IMG/VR virus record: IMGVR_UViG_3300025010_000044
Strand: one strand, 5' to 3'
Length of the DNA: 64,000 nt
Source: an uncultured virus (IMG/VR IMGVR_UViG_3300025010_000044)
Lineage: Duplodnaviria > Heunggongvirae > Uroviricota > Caudoviricetes
Part shown: positions 50,501 through 58,237 of the stretch, one piece after another
Layout of the letters: the number at the start of each line of letters is the position of its first letter
Position numbering within the stretch: position 1 is the stretch's first letter
The notes under the pieces: model-generated
What the model saw: the letters and a program-made list of their open reading frames with translations, nothing else
Database searches by the model: none
What the model was told of the DNA's origin: nothing
Position numbers and translations under genes: made by a program

Positions 50501-51062
50501 AAATGCAAAGTATGAAATTACAAGCGAAGGAGGGAAAATAATTTTTCCACAGGAGAAGCCGGAATTTCCAAAGATACTTAATGAGTTGATCAAAACGAAT
50601 AAACCAAAGCAAAATTGGGGAGAGGGTTATTATCAATTTAGGAAGTATAAGAATTTTGCAACTTCTATTTATGGTGAGAATTACGAAAACGCAATTAAGA
50701 AAGAGATCAAACGGTTAAATGGTGAAGCAACTGAAACAAGTATTGCCATCCATACAACCGGCGCAAAGTATAAACAAGAATTAAAGCGGTTGTTTGAAAA
50801 AGGGTATATGAGTGATTATACTTATAAAAGAATTATGCAAGGTAAGGCTTGGAACGAGCAAACTGATTTTAGCCATGCGTTAAGGGCAGAGTTTTTTGAT
50901 AATTACCACATAAAGGAAGACGGCGGAGAGTATAGGTTCAATCCGAGTTTAATTACTGCCGAGGCTATTGATAGAGCCAGGGCGATTGATGAAATAAAAA
51001 GTGATAACAAAGATTTATTAGAGGATATACTTACAAATAAAATGAGAGGAGTTGCGGCATAA
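44535..51062 (+). CDS. DarB-like polyvalent protein: InPase-like domain, N6-adenine MTase, SNF2 helicase
   Basis: IAIENKKGSIRRG..PYGYIR..DGEKID; LEPSMGTG and GNCPF; AHGVGLGKT, DECH, TATP, EGLN, QGNGRGIRQG. Confidence 0.85.
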   Translation: MKIFGITIAKSKVIVENLDDKLKAGKTFKLQDRIYFKGLDIAIENKKGSIRRGVNDDGTKWETFMHAPYGYIRRTESVSDGEKIDCYIGDNRESEKVFIVDQNNPLTGKFDEQKCMLGFDTAEEAKTAYLKQYDSPKFFGSMKEISFDEFKKKALATLDKPKLLKAFGVMLKAFGTQLGMFENEVIEGQTKQKDGHTYEVRRSNKNPLVKRLFRADKEESKPKELSLFDKKVTVGSRQSAVGNRAESRPPKAEPIKPKEQPETKDDLFNQPKEERKEPKAEIKVVKGKKNRKEINARVEELLKTKKNDEMSAEDVELLAQYTGRGGLLGDTIEDISLNEFYTRKDEAEFIWDMIGKLGFKGGNVLEPSMGTGIFIETAPEKALVTGIEIEETSGRIGQILHGNEHDIRIQSFEQFIKDYENMGADLEGGEYDAIVGNCPFGKRGLSAMDDREKSDIKFHEQYFIDRGLDMLKPGGIMAMIVPTSIMDNQLNQWRGEINKKGEFLGAIRVPTGAFKHADAAVTTDIVFFKKRPPEVIEHLSNLPKEKLGEAYDDMVLDADFVSGNFFKNNPEFALGTETSGMFGMKIWKGDVTKEDLEKVGELLNHDARDYSSLGIDVSKYGELEKELEPGDVKILNGRTYILNKNHRWERLKDQEIVLQNLPEDVQKLGIKSWDEWRIKSEDIGYLYGLNKDQLKLFGQTRIVNELDGYNGKNDFQTEYLTKGVILGLAVKDFRKELQDGRLSAEEAQMEAGKLKILLKDFIEKYGHPIDNLKLNKFFRSSGNAPLLDLAGSYDKNGNTIKMFDDPLSFYKVYQTKSEIGTVDRNDIVSVIGFLFANNFPTDYQTIRGEYEGDGDIERELAYSDEIYFDEEGNYKPKEEVLYGYIYEKIDAWEKQRTELKKESKNEKLSDKEKELNAQKMRKLEDQIIEAKTRANIREIKQLPIMLSDAGTIYDIGILNKYLEEKIGAHFLGELRKDEKSGFILPVDESSAKLYLSYADITKEGKSTSVKKELRDLFNKDEHPLLFMILNKMNGLGLPALRTEEGIAKKEQVLQLETDFKQYLSDSEEADKIADTYNRLFNSYTQKTYDEKPIEGIKHFAYDRVVGKDASGKDISGRDKAGGHTWATVRRMYESGKGMIAHGVGLGKTLEALTLTLLSKETGRANKPCIVSPKSVLLNWVAEIEKWTQGVNYLLVGYKKDSTGAWIEESREEKELKLQRAANEDFDMILMSRDLFGTIDFSPETKKNMLNELMDKYYPEGSRLSDFADKDSKQVKSVKKKRDTLLKNLSEMMNIPDPMGGVYLDNLGIDMLVRDECHDTKNLLVPMESEISGVNSSTSQRAMHNLFASKIIRGQNNDMGYYGLTATPISNSPLEVFNMMVPFAEKELEKLKVQNMDDFVARFADIDNIPTTNADGRVIVKNKFSGWKSAEALRNTFFRFVDYKTKDDVESVKANIKFPKEKAANVLSDLNEGQKEIVKHCKLRLWMLSSRVYDKDNKTWDFNADKLQEKVGKGLINQDEATKVLNYFNDEYLPKYIELNKWIGPDDTPMDDHFFKVQQDLIKATSDLPWYQEKSSEFSKKVDNDLVKQHSDLKKFAQLNENALSIHKSGGKQIIFAINTALHDKIKNDLIKSGIPENEIIIVNGKTVSSSSKRLQISKDYNNGKYKVVIGNYATMGEGLNFNYMTSDIHHLQPAWNHLQIEQGNGRGIRQGNPLDSVNTHYYLTKGSIDGFMNTKIMDKAGMVDKFLKGETSRWDDEVQLEADEMMIELADNPEQAKALLAFRNKKLQDALAEQQRQSNYKQFDRLYEVKRKKAGMEEKTSKQYQMMEQEERSLTEKLIGANFEHKGKLDYDRTPVILPGINKVIPVGGILEGKSGEFYVVEDYAPSTQRVKIRTYKAGAQGDMVGTRALSAKELDKEFSALYKETDLDLGGMFKKIIDDNEEIGINFISKMPKEILQANKVKLLDKLNNTDEVLYQTMDGDFKVAVYENAKYEITSEGGKIIFPQEKPEFPKILNELIKTNKPKQNWGEGYYQFRKYKNFATSIYGENYENAIKKEIKRLNGEATETSIAIHTTGAKYKQELKRLFEKGYMSDYTYKRIMQGKAWNEQTDFSHALRAEFFDNYHIKEDGGEYRFNPSLITAEAIDRARAIDEIKSDNKDLLEDILTNKMRGVAA

Positions 51063-51436
51063 TGGAACTAAGAGAGAAAGTTAAGCAATTACTTAACACA
51101 TGGATACAAACGGAAGATGGAACGGGAAACTTTAAGTTGACCGGTCCATATTGGGAAGTGCTTTACCCGATATTAAAAAAGCACGAACCAAAATTATTGC
51201 AGCAATATGAGAACAAGCTGCAAGAAAAGTTTGAGAACTTTAACGAAGAAATTAGAGAGAAAGTTTCTTCGGGAGATGAAGAGCAGGACTATGTGAATGC
51301 AATTAATTATATGAACGCGCGGGAACGGCAGTACGCAAATAACGGCGATGTTCATTATGTTGATAATGATGGGGATGATTACGCATATATTCCAAATGAG
51401 AGCATTGATCAGAACGAACATTTTGGAAGAGAATAA
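51062..51436 (+). CDS. Hypothetical protein
   Basis: TAATG coupling to the DarB-like gene. Confidence 0.55.
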   Translation: MELREKVKQLLNTWIQTEDGTGNFKLTGPYWEVLYPILKKHEPKLLQQYENKLQEKFENFNEEIREKVSSGDEEQDYVNAINYMNARERQYANNGDVHYVDNDGDDYAYIPNESIDQNEHFGRE

Positions 51437-51459
51437 TTAATAAACAAAGGAGCTAAAAA

Positions 51460-51738
51460 ATGGATAAAGAACGATCTGATGAAATGTTTGGAAAACATTT
51501 AGTAAAGATATGGACAGGTATTAATCTTATAGTTAGAGACTCCCCAGATGGAGCTGATAGGTTAGAGGAATATCTTCTTTGGATGGCTGATTTGGTTAGG
51601 AAATGGAGATTAACCGGCGAATTTAAGTTTGATGACAAAAGAGAAGAATATTATTATAAAATGTTTGACGGAATAAAAACCGTATTTGATCATAAATCTG
51701 AATTTATTATGAGAGGGCAAAACGACGGAATAAATTAG
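51460..51738 (+). CDS. Hypothetical protein
   Basis: AAGGAG RBS. Confidence 0.55.
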   Translation: MDKERSDEMFGKHLVKIWTGINLIVRDSPDGADRLEEYLLWMADLVRKWRLTGEFKFDDKREEYYYKMFDGIKTVFDHKSEFIMRGQNDGIN

Positions 51739-51807
51739 CGGCGTAATTACGCCATAATCAAAGGAGTTTGTTCACGGGATACACAAATCTAAAACGTAGG
51801 AATAGTA

Positions 51808-52290
51808 ATGGAAATTTGTGATGTGGACAATGAAATTTTAGAAGAATTAATAAAAGAGTTTTCCGATCTACATGGGGATGAGGTGTTAAAAGATGTTTAT
51901 CGGTTCCACCGGAAATTGGCGAATAAAATAGATGTGAAGAATTTCCCGGCGGCGGAGATTTACCATAGGCTATTGATAAAGGACTTACGCGAGGGCAAAT
52001 ACGCTCAAATGAGTGTACGTGAAATTGCGGTGATTGAAAAAGTAAGCGAAGGTACTATCTATAATATTATCGGGAAAGCGTGTAGGGTAAAGAAACCGAT
52101 TTATCAATACTCAATTAAAGGTAAGTTGATAAAAAAATGGAACAGCGGGACGGAAATAGAGAAAGAATTAGGCTATAGCGCAAGTCAGATACGGGCAAAC
52201 TGTAGATTAGGGAATGGTAGGGCGACTTACGGTTTTGTTTGGAGATATCAGGAATTAACGGGGGAAGAACTTTTATCAATTAGGAATTAG
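51808..52290 (+). CDS. HTH plus NUMOD1-type DNA-binding protein
   Basis: SVREIA..EKVSEGTIY; KPIYQYS..GKLIKKW.S..E.EKELG...YGFVWRY. Confidence 0.7.
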   Translation: MEICDVDNEILEELIKEFSDLHGDEVLKDVYRFHRKLANKIDVKNFPAAEIYHRLLIKDLREGKYAQMSVREIAVIEKVSEGTIYNIIGKACRVKKPIYQYSIKGKLIKKWNSGTEIEKELGYSASQIRANCRLGNGRATYGFVWRYQELTGEELLSIRN

Positions 52291-52432
52291 GAATTAGGAT
52301 GTTGAGGGAATAGCCGAAATTATCAGAAAATTTATTTGTAAAGCGAAATGACAAAATTAATATAAAGTGTAAGGTTTTGGGGTTACATATTTTTCTTACA
52401 TAATATTTTACATAATCTACGTTTGTTTTTGT

Positions 52433-52473
52433 GAGCCTCCGGAGTTTGAAAGCTTTGGAGGTTCTTGGTTTTT
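52433..52473 (+). terminator. Probable terminator hairpin
   Basis: gagcctccggagt...gctttggaggttc followed by a T-rich tail. Confidence 0.5.
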
Positions 52474-52593
52474 AAAGCAAACCCCACCTAACCTCCCCTT
52501 TTTGAAAGGGGAGGAATTATATTTCTTCAAATTTCAACCCTTCGGAGAGAAACGCATTCCTTAAATATGCAATAAAAAAAAGAGTAAACAATT

Positions 52594-53970
52594 TTGTATA
52601 ACAAGTTTGAATTTTTTGCCCCGGCGTATTTGGTAAAAAGCGGAAGTAAAACCGAGCCTTTTAAGGTAGGTGGAACTATTTCTACAGAGAACCGGGATAC
52701 TGATAATGAAATAATGAAAAGTATTGATTGGAGTTATTTCACTTCCGGTTTTGGCAAAATTAAATATGAACATAAGGATATCCCGGAGCCGCATTGTTTT
52801 ATCGGCTTTCCGACTAAGTTAGGGAAGAGCGGAAAATCTTGGAACTTTGAAGGAGAACTTGTTGGGTTTGACCCGGAATTGCCGGATGAAAAATTAACAC
52901 AACAGCAAAAACTTGCAAAAAGCACAGTTACTTTATTACAGCACATGGATGAATTCAATAAACGGCATCCTAACGCAATGCAAAAAGCGGGATGGAGTGT
53001 TGAGGGAGAATATTTATCGAAGAGTAAAGACGGAGTTGTATCGGCAAGAGTTGTGAATGTAGTGTTTACAACCAAGCCAAGAAACAGAGAAACGTTTGCA
53101 ACGTTGGTGAAAAGTTTAGAAGTAGGATACGGCAACAATCCGGGAGAACAAACCGGATTTGGAGCGACAAGAAAAGAATCAATAGATCATAACATTAAAC
53201 TAAATGGAGTTACAAAAATGGAAACGAAGAATGATATCTACAAAAAATGTTTAGCCAAAGGCATGACCCCGGAACAGGCAAAGGCAGAAGCTGACAGTTT
53301 TGAGACGAAACAAAAGGGAGAGATGAACGAAAGTTTTGAAACCGCTGCAAAATCATTGGGCACGGCGAAATTATCTCTTCAAAAATCACTTGATACGGCG
53401 AAATCAATCTCTGAAATAGAGTTTGAAGTTGATATTAAAGCGCAGGAAAAGAGTTTGCAAAAATCAATCGCGCTGATGAACAAAGGCGGAGAAGAGGCAG
53501 ATATTTCCGAATATCTTGAAAAATCCTCAGAAATTTCTTTGAATGCATTGAAAGCGTTGGATGCAATTAATCAAAAAGTTGATCTGTTGGCAAAATCTAT
53601 TGTTCTTTTAGCCGAAGGACAATTGAATCAAGTTAGCGGTGATGAGCATTTGGTAAAATCTCTTGATTTGGTGAATAACCAAGTTGAGGATCAACGGATG
53701 GGACTTATAACCTTAGTTTCTAAACTAAGAAAAAGCTCCGGCGGAAATTTGTTGACGGACAACATTAATTGGGTTGAAAACAACAAGAACGTTGGAACAG
53801 GCGCAGAGCTTAATAAAGCGCAGAAAGTTAAAGTGCTTGAAAAATTAGTTGCAGAAAAATCTGTTGACGAAATTGTTCTTGTTGACTTTAGCGCAGGCGG
53901 TACACAGGCAACATTGCCGGAATCGGTTGAACAGTTGGTGAAATCAAAAGCTGTTGACATGTTCAAGTAA
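52594..53970 (+). CDS. Prohead protease fused to a scaffold-like domain
   Basis: GTIST..RDTDNE, YEH, GWSVEG, V.FTTKPRN; C-terminal coiled coil with many LxKS motifs. Confidence 0.8.
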   Translation: MYNKFEFFAPAYLVKSGSKTEPFKVGGTISTENRDTDNEIMKSIDWSYFTSGFGKIKYEHKDIPEPHCFIGFPTKLGKSGKSWNFEGELVGFDPELPDEKLTQQQKLAKSTVTLLQHMDEFNKRHPNAMQKAGWSVEGEYLSKSKDGVVSARVVNVVFTTKPRNRETFATLVKSLEVGYGNNPGEQTGFGATRKESIDHNIKLNGVTKMETKNDIYKKCLAKGMTPEQAKAEADSFETKQKGEMNESFETAAKSLGTAKLSLQKSLDTAKSISEIEFEVDIKAQEKSLQKSIALMNKGGEEADISEYLEKSSEISLNALKALDAINQKVDLLAKSIVLLAEGQLNQVSGDEHLVKSLDLVNNQVEDQRMGLITLVSKLRKSSGGNLLTDNINWVENNKNVGTGAELNKAQKVKVLEKLVAEKSVDEIVLVDFSAGGTQATLPESVEQLVKSKAVDMFK

Positions 53971-54033
53971 AAAGTTAATATATAAGAAAAATTAACAAGT
54001 AACTTTTAATAATATAAAATTGGAGTAAATAAA

Positions 54034-55467
54034 ATGGACGATTTAATGTTTGGCGAATTAGCCGGAAACGGATCAAGTTTCGGCGGCGCATCAACAGTAA
54101 AAGAACTCCAGGACTTAGCCAAAGCTCTTGAGGTTGGTTATGCGATGGGGACAACGGATCAAACCGGATTTGGAGCCACAAGACTTGAGAGCCTTGCCCC
54201 GGTTGTAAAATGGCTTACCCTAAACGAATCATCCCCGGCATTTTTTAGAGCAATCCGAAAAGGAAAGGCTTCCAGCACTGTTGAGGAATTTGTAACCATG
54301 AATGAAGTAGGAGACGCTAATTTTTATTCTGAAGGCGGATTACCGGATGAATACGATGAAGATATCCGAAGAGAATTTGAGCAGGTGAAATACATCGGAA
54401 CAGTTGGTAAAGTACCATTACAGGCATTAATGGTAAAGAGTAATACCAACAATGAAGCGCTTGTTACAAGAGCGAAAGCACTTGCAATAATGAAAACCGC
54501 CGACAGTAAACTTATTTATGGTGATGCTGCCCGTAATCCTTACGAATGGAATGGTTATTACAAACAGTTTAAGACCAAAGCAAAAAGTGTAACCCAAAAC
54601 ACTATTGATTTGCGTGGTAAACGAGTTAGACCGGAAACCTTAAACGAATCGGTACAAATTATTGCCGATAACTGGGGGAATCCAAATAACGTAAAATGCT
54701 GGATGAGCGCAAAAGATTTTCAGTATTATACCGATGAATTGTTAGCCGGTAGAAGATTTGTGGTAGGAAGCTCCGAAGCCCGTGATCTTATTGCGAGCGC
54801 AAAAAGATTTGAACTTGGAAACGGAAAAGGAAATATTGAAACAGATATTTTATTGAAGTACAAAGGTCAGAATTACATAGGCGCAGAGTATCCTAAGACC
54901 AACAGCACAATGACAGTATTTGCCGCAACAAACAGCAAAGCACCGGCAACATTGAACTCAAGTACTGCAACTATTTCAGTTGATTCAGATAGTGCTACCT
55001 TGCTTGACGCGGCAACTTATGATTACGCATTTGTTCCGGTTAATAGATACGGTTCAGGCGCAGCATTTGAAGTTAAAACAAACGTTGTTGCAGCTTCCAA
55101 ACGTTGTACTTTTACCTTAACCGATAACGGTTCACCTTCGGGACAAGAAGCAACAAGTTTTGATATTTACCGTAAACTTTCATCCGCTACCGCAATTACA
55201 AGTTACAGATATTTGACTTCGTTTACAGCAGCCGAAGCAAAGATCGATAACGGTGAATGGATACCGGGAGCAACCAATATTTTCTTATGGGATTGGGACT
55301 TTGAACAAGTGCTCGATTTCAGACAATTACTGCCAATGACAAAAATGGAATTAGCAAGAATTGATGATTCCAAACGTTGGATGCAGAAGTTATGGGCAGT
55401 TCCGATTCTAGCAGCGCCAAACAAAATGGTGATGATAAAGAACGCGGGTTCTACTGCTTGGTCCTAA
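54034..55467 (+). CDS. Major capsid protein (Herelleviridae-like)
   Basis: LAKALEVGY..QTGFGATRLESL, A.STVEEF, EGGLP, IDLRG, QLLPM.KM.LA. Confidence 0.9.
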   Translation: MDDLMFGELAGNGSSFGGASTVKELQDLAKALEVGYAMGTTDQTGFGATRLESLAPVVKWLTLNESSPAFFRAIRKGKASSTVEEFVTMNEVGDANFYSEGGLPDEYDEDIRREFEQVKYIGTVGKVPLQALMVKSNTNNEALVTRAKALAIMKTADSKLIYGDAARNPYEWNGYYKQFKTKAKSVTQNTIDLRGKRVRPETLNESVQIIADNWGNPNNVKCWMSAKDFQYYTDELLAGRRFVVGSSEARDLIASAKRFELGNGKGNIETDILLKYKGQNYIGAEYPKTNSTMTVFAATNSKAPATLNSSTATISVDSDSATLLDAATYDYAFVPVNRYGSGAAFEVKTNVVAASKRCTFTLTDNGSPSGQEATSFDIYRKLSSATAITSYRYLTSFTAAEAKIDNGEWIPGATNIFLWDWDFEQVLDFRQLLPMTKMELARIDDSKRWMQKLWAVPILAAPNKMVMIKNAGSTAWS

Positions 55468-55492
55468 CGGATTAACAAACAAATAAATTTCT

Positions 55493-55530
55493 ATTCCCCT
55501 CTTCCGTTTTATGCGGCGGAGGGGGATAAA
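55493..55530 (+). terminator. Hairpin downstream of the capsid gene
   Basis: tcccct..ccg...cgg..agggg GC-rich stem. Confidence 0.45.
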
Positions 55531-55553
55531 TTAAAACACATCAGAGGCTAAAA

Positions 55554-55967
55554 ATGATTAAGCATACATACCTTAAAAATTTAACGTTAAATGTACCAAC
55601 ATCCGTTAACAGTGCGGGCAAACTTCACTTAGATGAAGATGGCAATATAATTGAGGAATTGACTTTTGAGCAAGAGAGCGAATTGATCGATCACCCGGAT
55701 TTTGTTACAGTTGAAAGTGGAAAGTTTCCGCCCGAGGCGGATCAGCCTTCGGCTGAGAAAGTAGAAAGTGAAGATCACGAGAGCGAAGGAAAAGGCACAG
55801 ATCAAGAGCAAGAGCAGGGTGAAGGGGAGAAAGATGAAGATAAAACCGAAGATGAACTGAAAGAATTTGATACCAAAATTGTAAACGGCAAAGGTTTTAT
55901 TTACAAGAAAAATAAAGCAGATGTATTGATGTGGTTACGTCATTCAGAAATTGACGAAAAAGGGTAG
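55554..55967 (+). CDS. Acidic hypothetical protein, possibly virion-associated
   Basis: Follows the capsid gene; contains a translated REP-like element. Confidence 0.55.
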   Translation: MIKHTYLKNLTLNVPTSVNSAGKLHLDEDGNIIEELTFEQESELIDHPDFVTVESGKFPPEADQPSAEKVESEDHESEGKGTDQEQEQGEGEKDEDKTEDELKEFDTKIVNGKGFIYKKNKADVLMWLRHSEIDEKG

Positions 55968-55971
55968 GTAA

Positions 55972-56331
55972 ATGTTAATAATAGAGGTATTGATTTATCT
56001 TGCCGCTGTTTTTTTATTAACGGCATTTGGAGCGTTGTTATTCTTTATTCTAACTCCTCCATACAGAGAAAAATTACTTAAACGGTTAGACACGATGCTC
56101 TCTGAGAAGGATGGCTTTTGGAGCAGTACACGTTTTAGATTTCTTTTGGAAACGCTTATTGCCAATGCTTCTTTTTGGGGATTAGTAATTTACCTAACCA
56201 TAAAGAACAGTAAATTTCCCAACATCCCGGAAAGCATATTAATTGCTTACGGAGGTATACAAATAATTTCAGCAGTATTAAAATTTAAACAGAAAACCGT
56301 TGAGACGGAAGAACCGGCAGAAGAGAAGTAG
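55972..56331 (+). CDS. Holin-like membrane protein
   Basis: Three TM segments; SEKDG..SSTR motif. Confidence 0.5.
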   Translation: MLIIEVLIYLAAVFLLTAFGALLFFILTPPYREKLLKRLDTMLSEKDGFWSSTRFRFLLETLIANASFWGLVIYLTIKNSKFPNIPESILIAYGGIQIISAVLKFKQKTVETEEPAEEK

Positions 56332-56340
56332 AGATGTGCA

Positions 56341-57417
56341 ATGAAGACAATAAAAAAAGGGATTTCACAACTTATAACCCTTGATCAAACATTATTAGGC
56401 AGCGGAAAAAGTGTTTACCTAACAATGATTGGTGAAGACGGTTCGGTGATTAAAAACTCTTCAGCGGCAGATATTAAAGATTTAGCACTTTCCTACAACG
56501 CAACTTCATCTCTCTATGAAGCAGCCGTAACTGTAGCCTCGGATGAGCCGGAACAATATGTCCGGCTCTTCTTTTATGCAACAGACGCGAGCGTACAGAA
56601 CAAATATTACCCGGAAGACGCAAAGTTGGAAGCGGTTGCCGGAATAATTACAACAGAGGCTGAGATTGTACCCGTACAATTTTTTATCGATTACGTTCTT
56701 GCATCATCGAGCAGGTTAGACCCGGCGTATGAGCAGGCGATAACGGCTTTTTCAGAGGATAGGGCGGGATTGAGAAGTTACTTAAAGAGCGCACAAGACG
56801 CGCTTGAAAAGCAATGTGAAATTTATTTTACCGAACGGACAAAAACCGAAAACCGCGATAATTATTTTGAAAAGTTCAGCATGAATCTTTGGCAGATTCA
56901 AGTCTATAACCCGCCGATAAATGATTTAACAAGTGTAAAGATAAAATACGGTAATACCGAGTTAATGGGTATTGGCGTTGATCTATTTACTTTTGACCGT
57001 ATGACGGGTATTATTGAATTTTTACCTTTACCGACCGGAGGCACAGCCGGACTTTACACGTTGTTGTTGGGCAGTTTAAGCGCGTTAGGTTTATCCGTAT
57101 TAACCGGCGGAGCGCTTGAACGGATACCAAACTTTTTTGAGGTAACGTACAAAACGGGGTTAGTTTATGCAGGCGCAGACCCGTTTGAGGTTGAGGGGAT
57201 TAGGCAGGCAGTTTGCCGGAGAGCGTTTCTTAGTTTGGTCCATCACGTAGATCCGGCGGCAAGGGTAATTAGTGAAAGTGAAAGCATAGACGGAGTTGCA
57301 AGCAGCATTAGTTCCGGTGTAGCAAAGGTAATTACTGAACTGAAACAGGATGAAACGAGTTACTTAAATAGTTTGAGGCAGAAGTACGGGAAGAATTTTA
57401 ACGCAGTGATCGGGTAA
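56341..57417 (+). CDS. Head-tail connector / neck protein
   Basis: Position after capsid; IP.FFEVTYKTG, SIDGVASS. Confidence 0.65.
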   Translation: MKTIKKGISQLITLDQTLLGSGKSVYLTMIGEDGSVIKNSSAADIKDLALSYNATSSLYEAAVTVASDEPEQYVRLFFYATDASVQNKYYPEDAKLEAVAGIITTEAEIVPVQFFIDYVLASSSRLDPAYEQAITAFSEDRAGLRSYLKSAQDALEKQCEIYFTERTKTENRDNYFEKFSMNLWQIQVYNPPINDLTSVKIKYGNTELMGIGVDLFTFDRMTGIIEFLPLPTGGTAGLYTLLLGSLSALGLSVLTGGALERIPNFFEVTYKTGLVYAGADPFEVEGIRQAVCRRAFLSLVHHVDPAARVISESESIDGVASSISSGVAKVITELKQDETSYLNSLRQKYGKNFNAVIG

Positions 57418-57445
57418 TTAGGAATTGAGAATTAGGAATTAGGAA

Positions 57446-58237
57446 TTGTTAAAAATTATTGATGAAAATATTGTACGGAGTTTGAGACGATTCGGGCAAA
57501 CGGTAAAGCATTACCCGGGTACGTTGTGCAGTTGTATAGGTGAAAATAACGGTGTGCCTTTGTTAAACCATACTTGCAACCAGGGTTATTATTACGGCGC
57601 ACCGGAAACGATAATTGCAATAAGAACGGCGATATCATACAAATATCTAAATACGCCGAACGGGGTTATTTATGACGGAGGCGCAACGTTTACCATACCA
57701 AGATTGAATTTAAGCGGAGCCGAACAGAGAGCTTACTCAGTTATTACACACGGCGATATTTTGGTTTGCGATAATAAAACCAGGCGCGATACGGATATAC
57801 TGAAGCGCGGAACTCGTGATTTTATTTACGCTTTTGATATTACAGAAGTAATTGGCATATACCGTAATAACACAAAATATGACGCAGCCGATTATACCAT
57901 AATTGAAGACGACTATAAAACGTTACTTGGTGATGACGGTTTGCCGCTTACCGATGAAAACGGCGTACCAACGGGAGAGGTTAGAGATAAAGCGGATATT
58001 GTGGGTAAATTAATGGCGGTTGTTTGGGCAACCGGCAAAGGACCGGCAACGGGTGAAAGTTACACGGTAGAATTCATCGCGAAGCAACAATTTAAAGTAT
58101 GGGAAGATGCGGGAAGCGATAGGGGAACGGATGAAAACAGACTACCGAAAAAGATGCTAACCGTGCTTAGGAGATTTGTTAGTCCGGTTGAGAATAATCT
58201 TGACACGGTAGAAACGCAACAGGAGATTTATACATGA
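57446..58237 (+). CDS. Head closure / neck protein
   Basis: CSC...C..GY.Y, LPKK...LRR; position. Confidence 0.6.
   Translation: MLKIIDENIVRSLRRFGQTVKHYPGTLCSCIGENNGVPLLNHTCNQGYYYGAPETIIAIRTAISYKYLNTPNGVIYDGGATFTIPRLNLSGAEQRAYSVITHGDILVCDNKTRRDTDILKRGTRDFIYAFDITEVIGIYRNNTKYDAADYTIIEDDYKTLLGDDGLPLTDENGVPTGEVRDKADIVGKLMAVVWATGKGPATGESYTVEFIAKQQFKVWEDAGSDRGTDENRLPKKMLTVLRRFVSPVENNLDTVETQQEIYT

Noticed and set aside
52383..52414. Three TTACATA repeats upstream of the terminator
   Set aside because: Short, AT-rich and unevenly spaced (13 and 12 bp); cannot be distinguished from chance without statistics.
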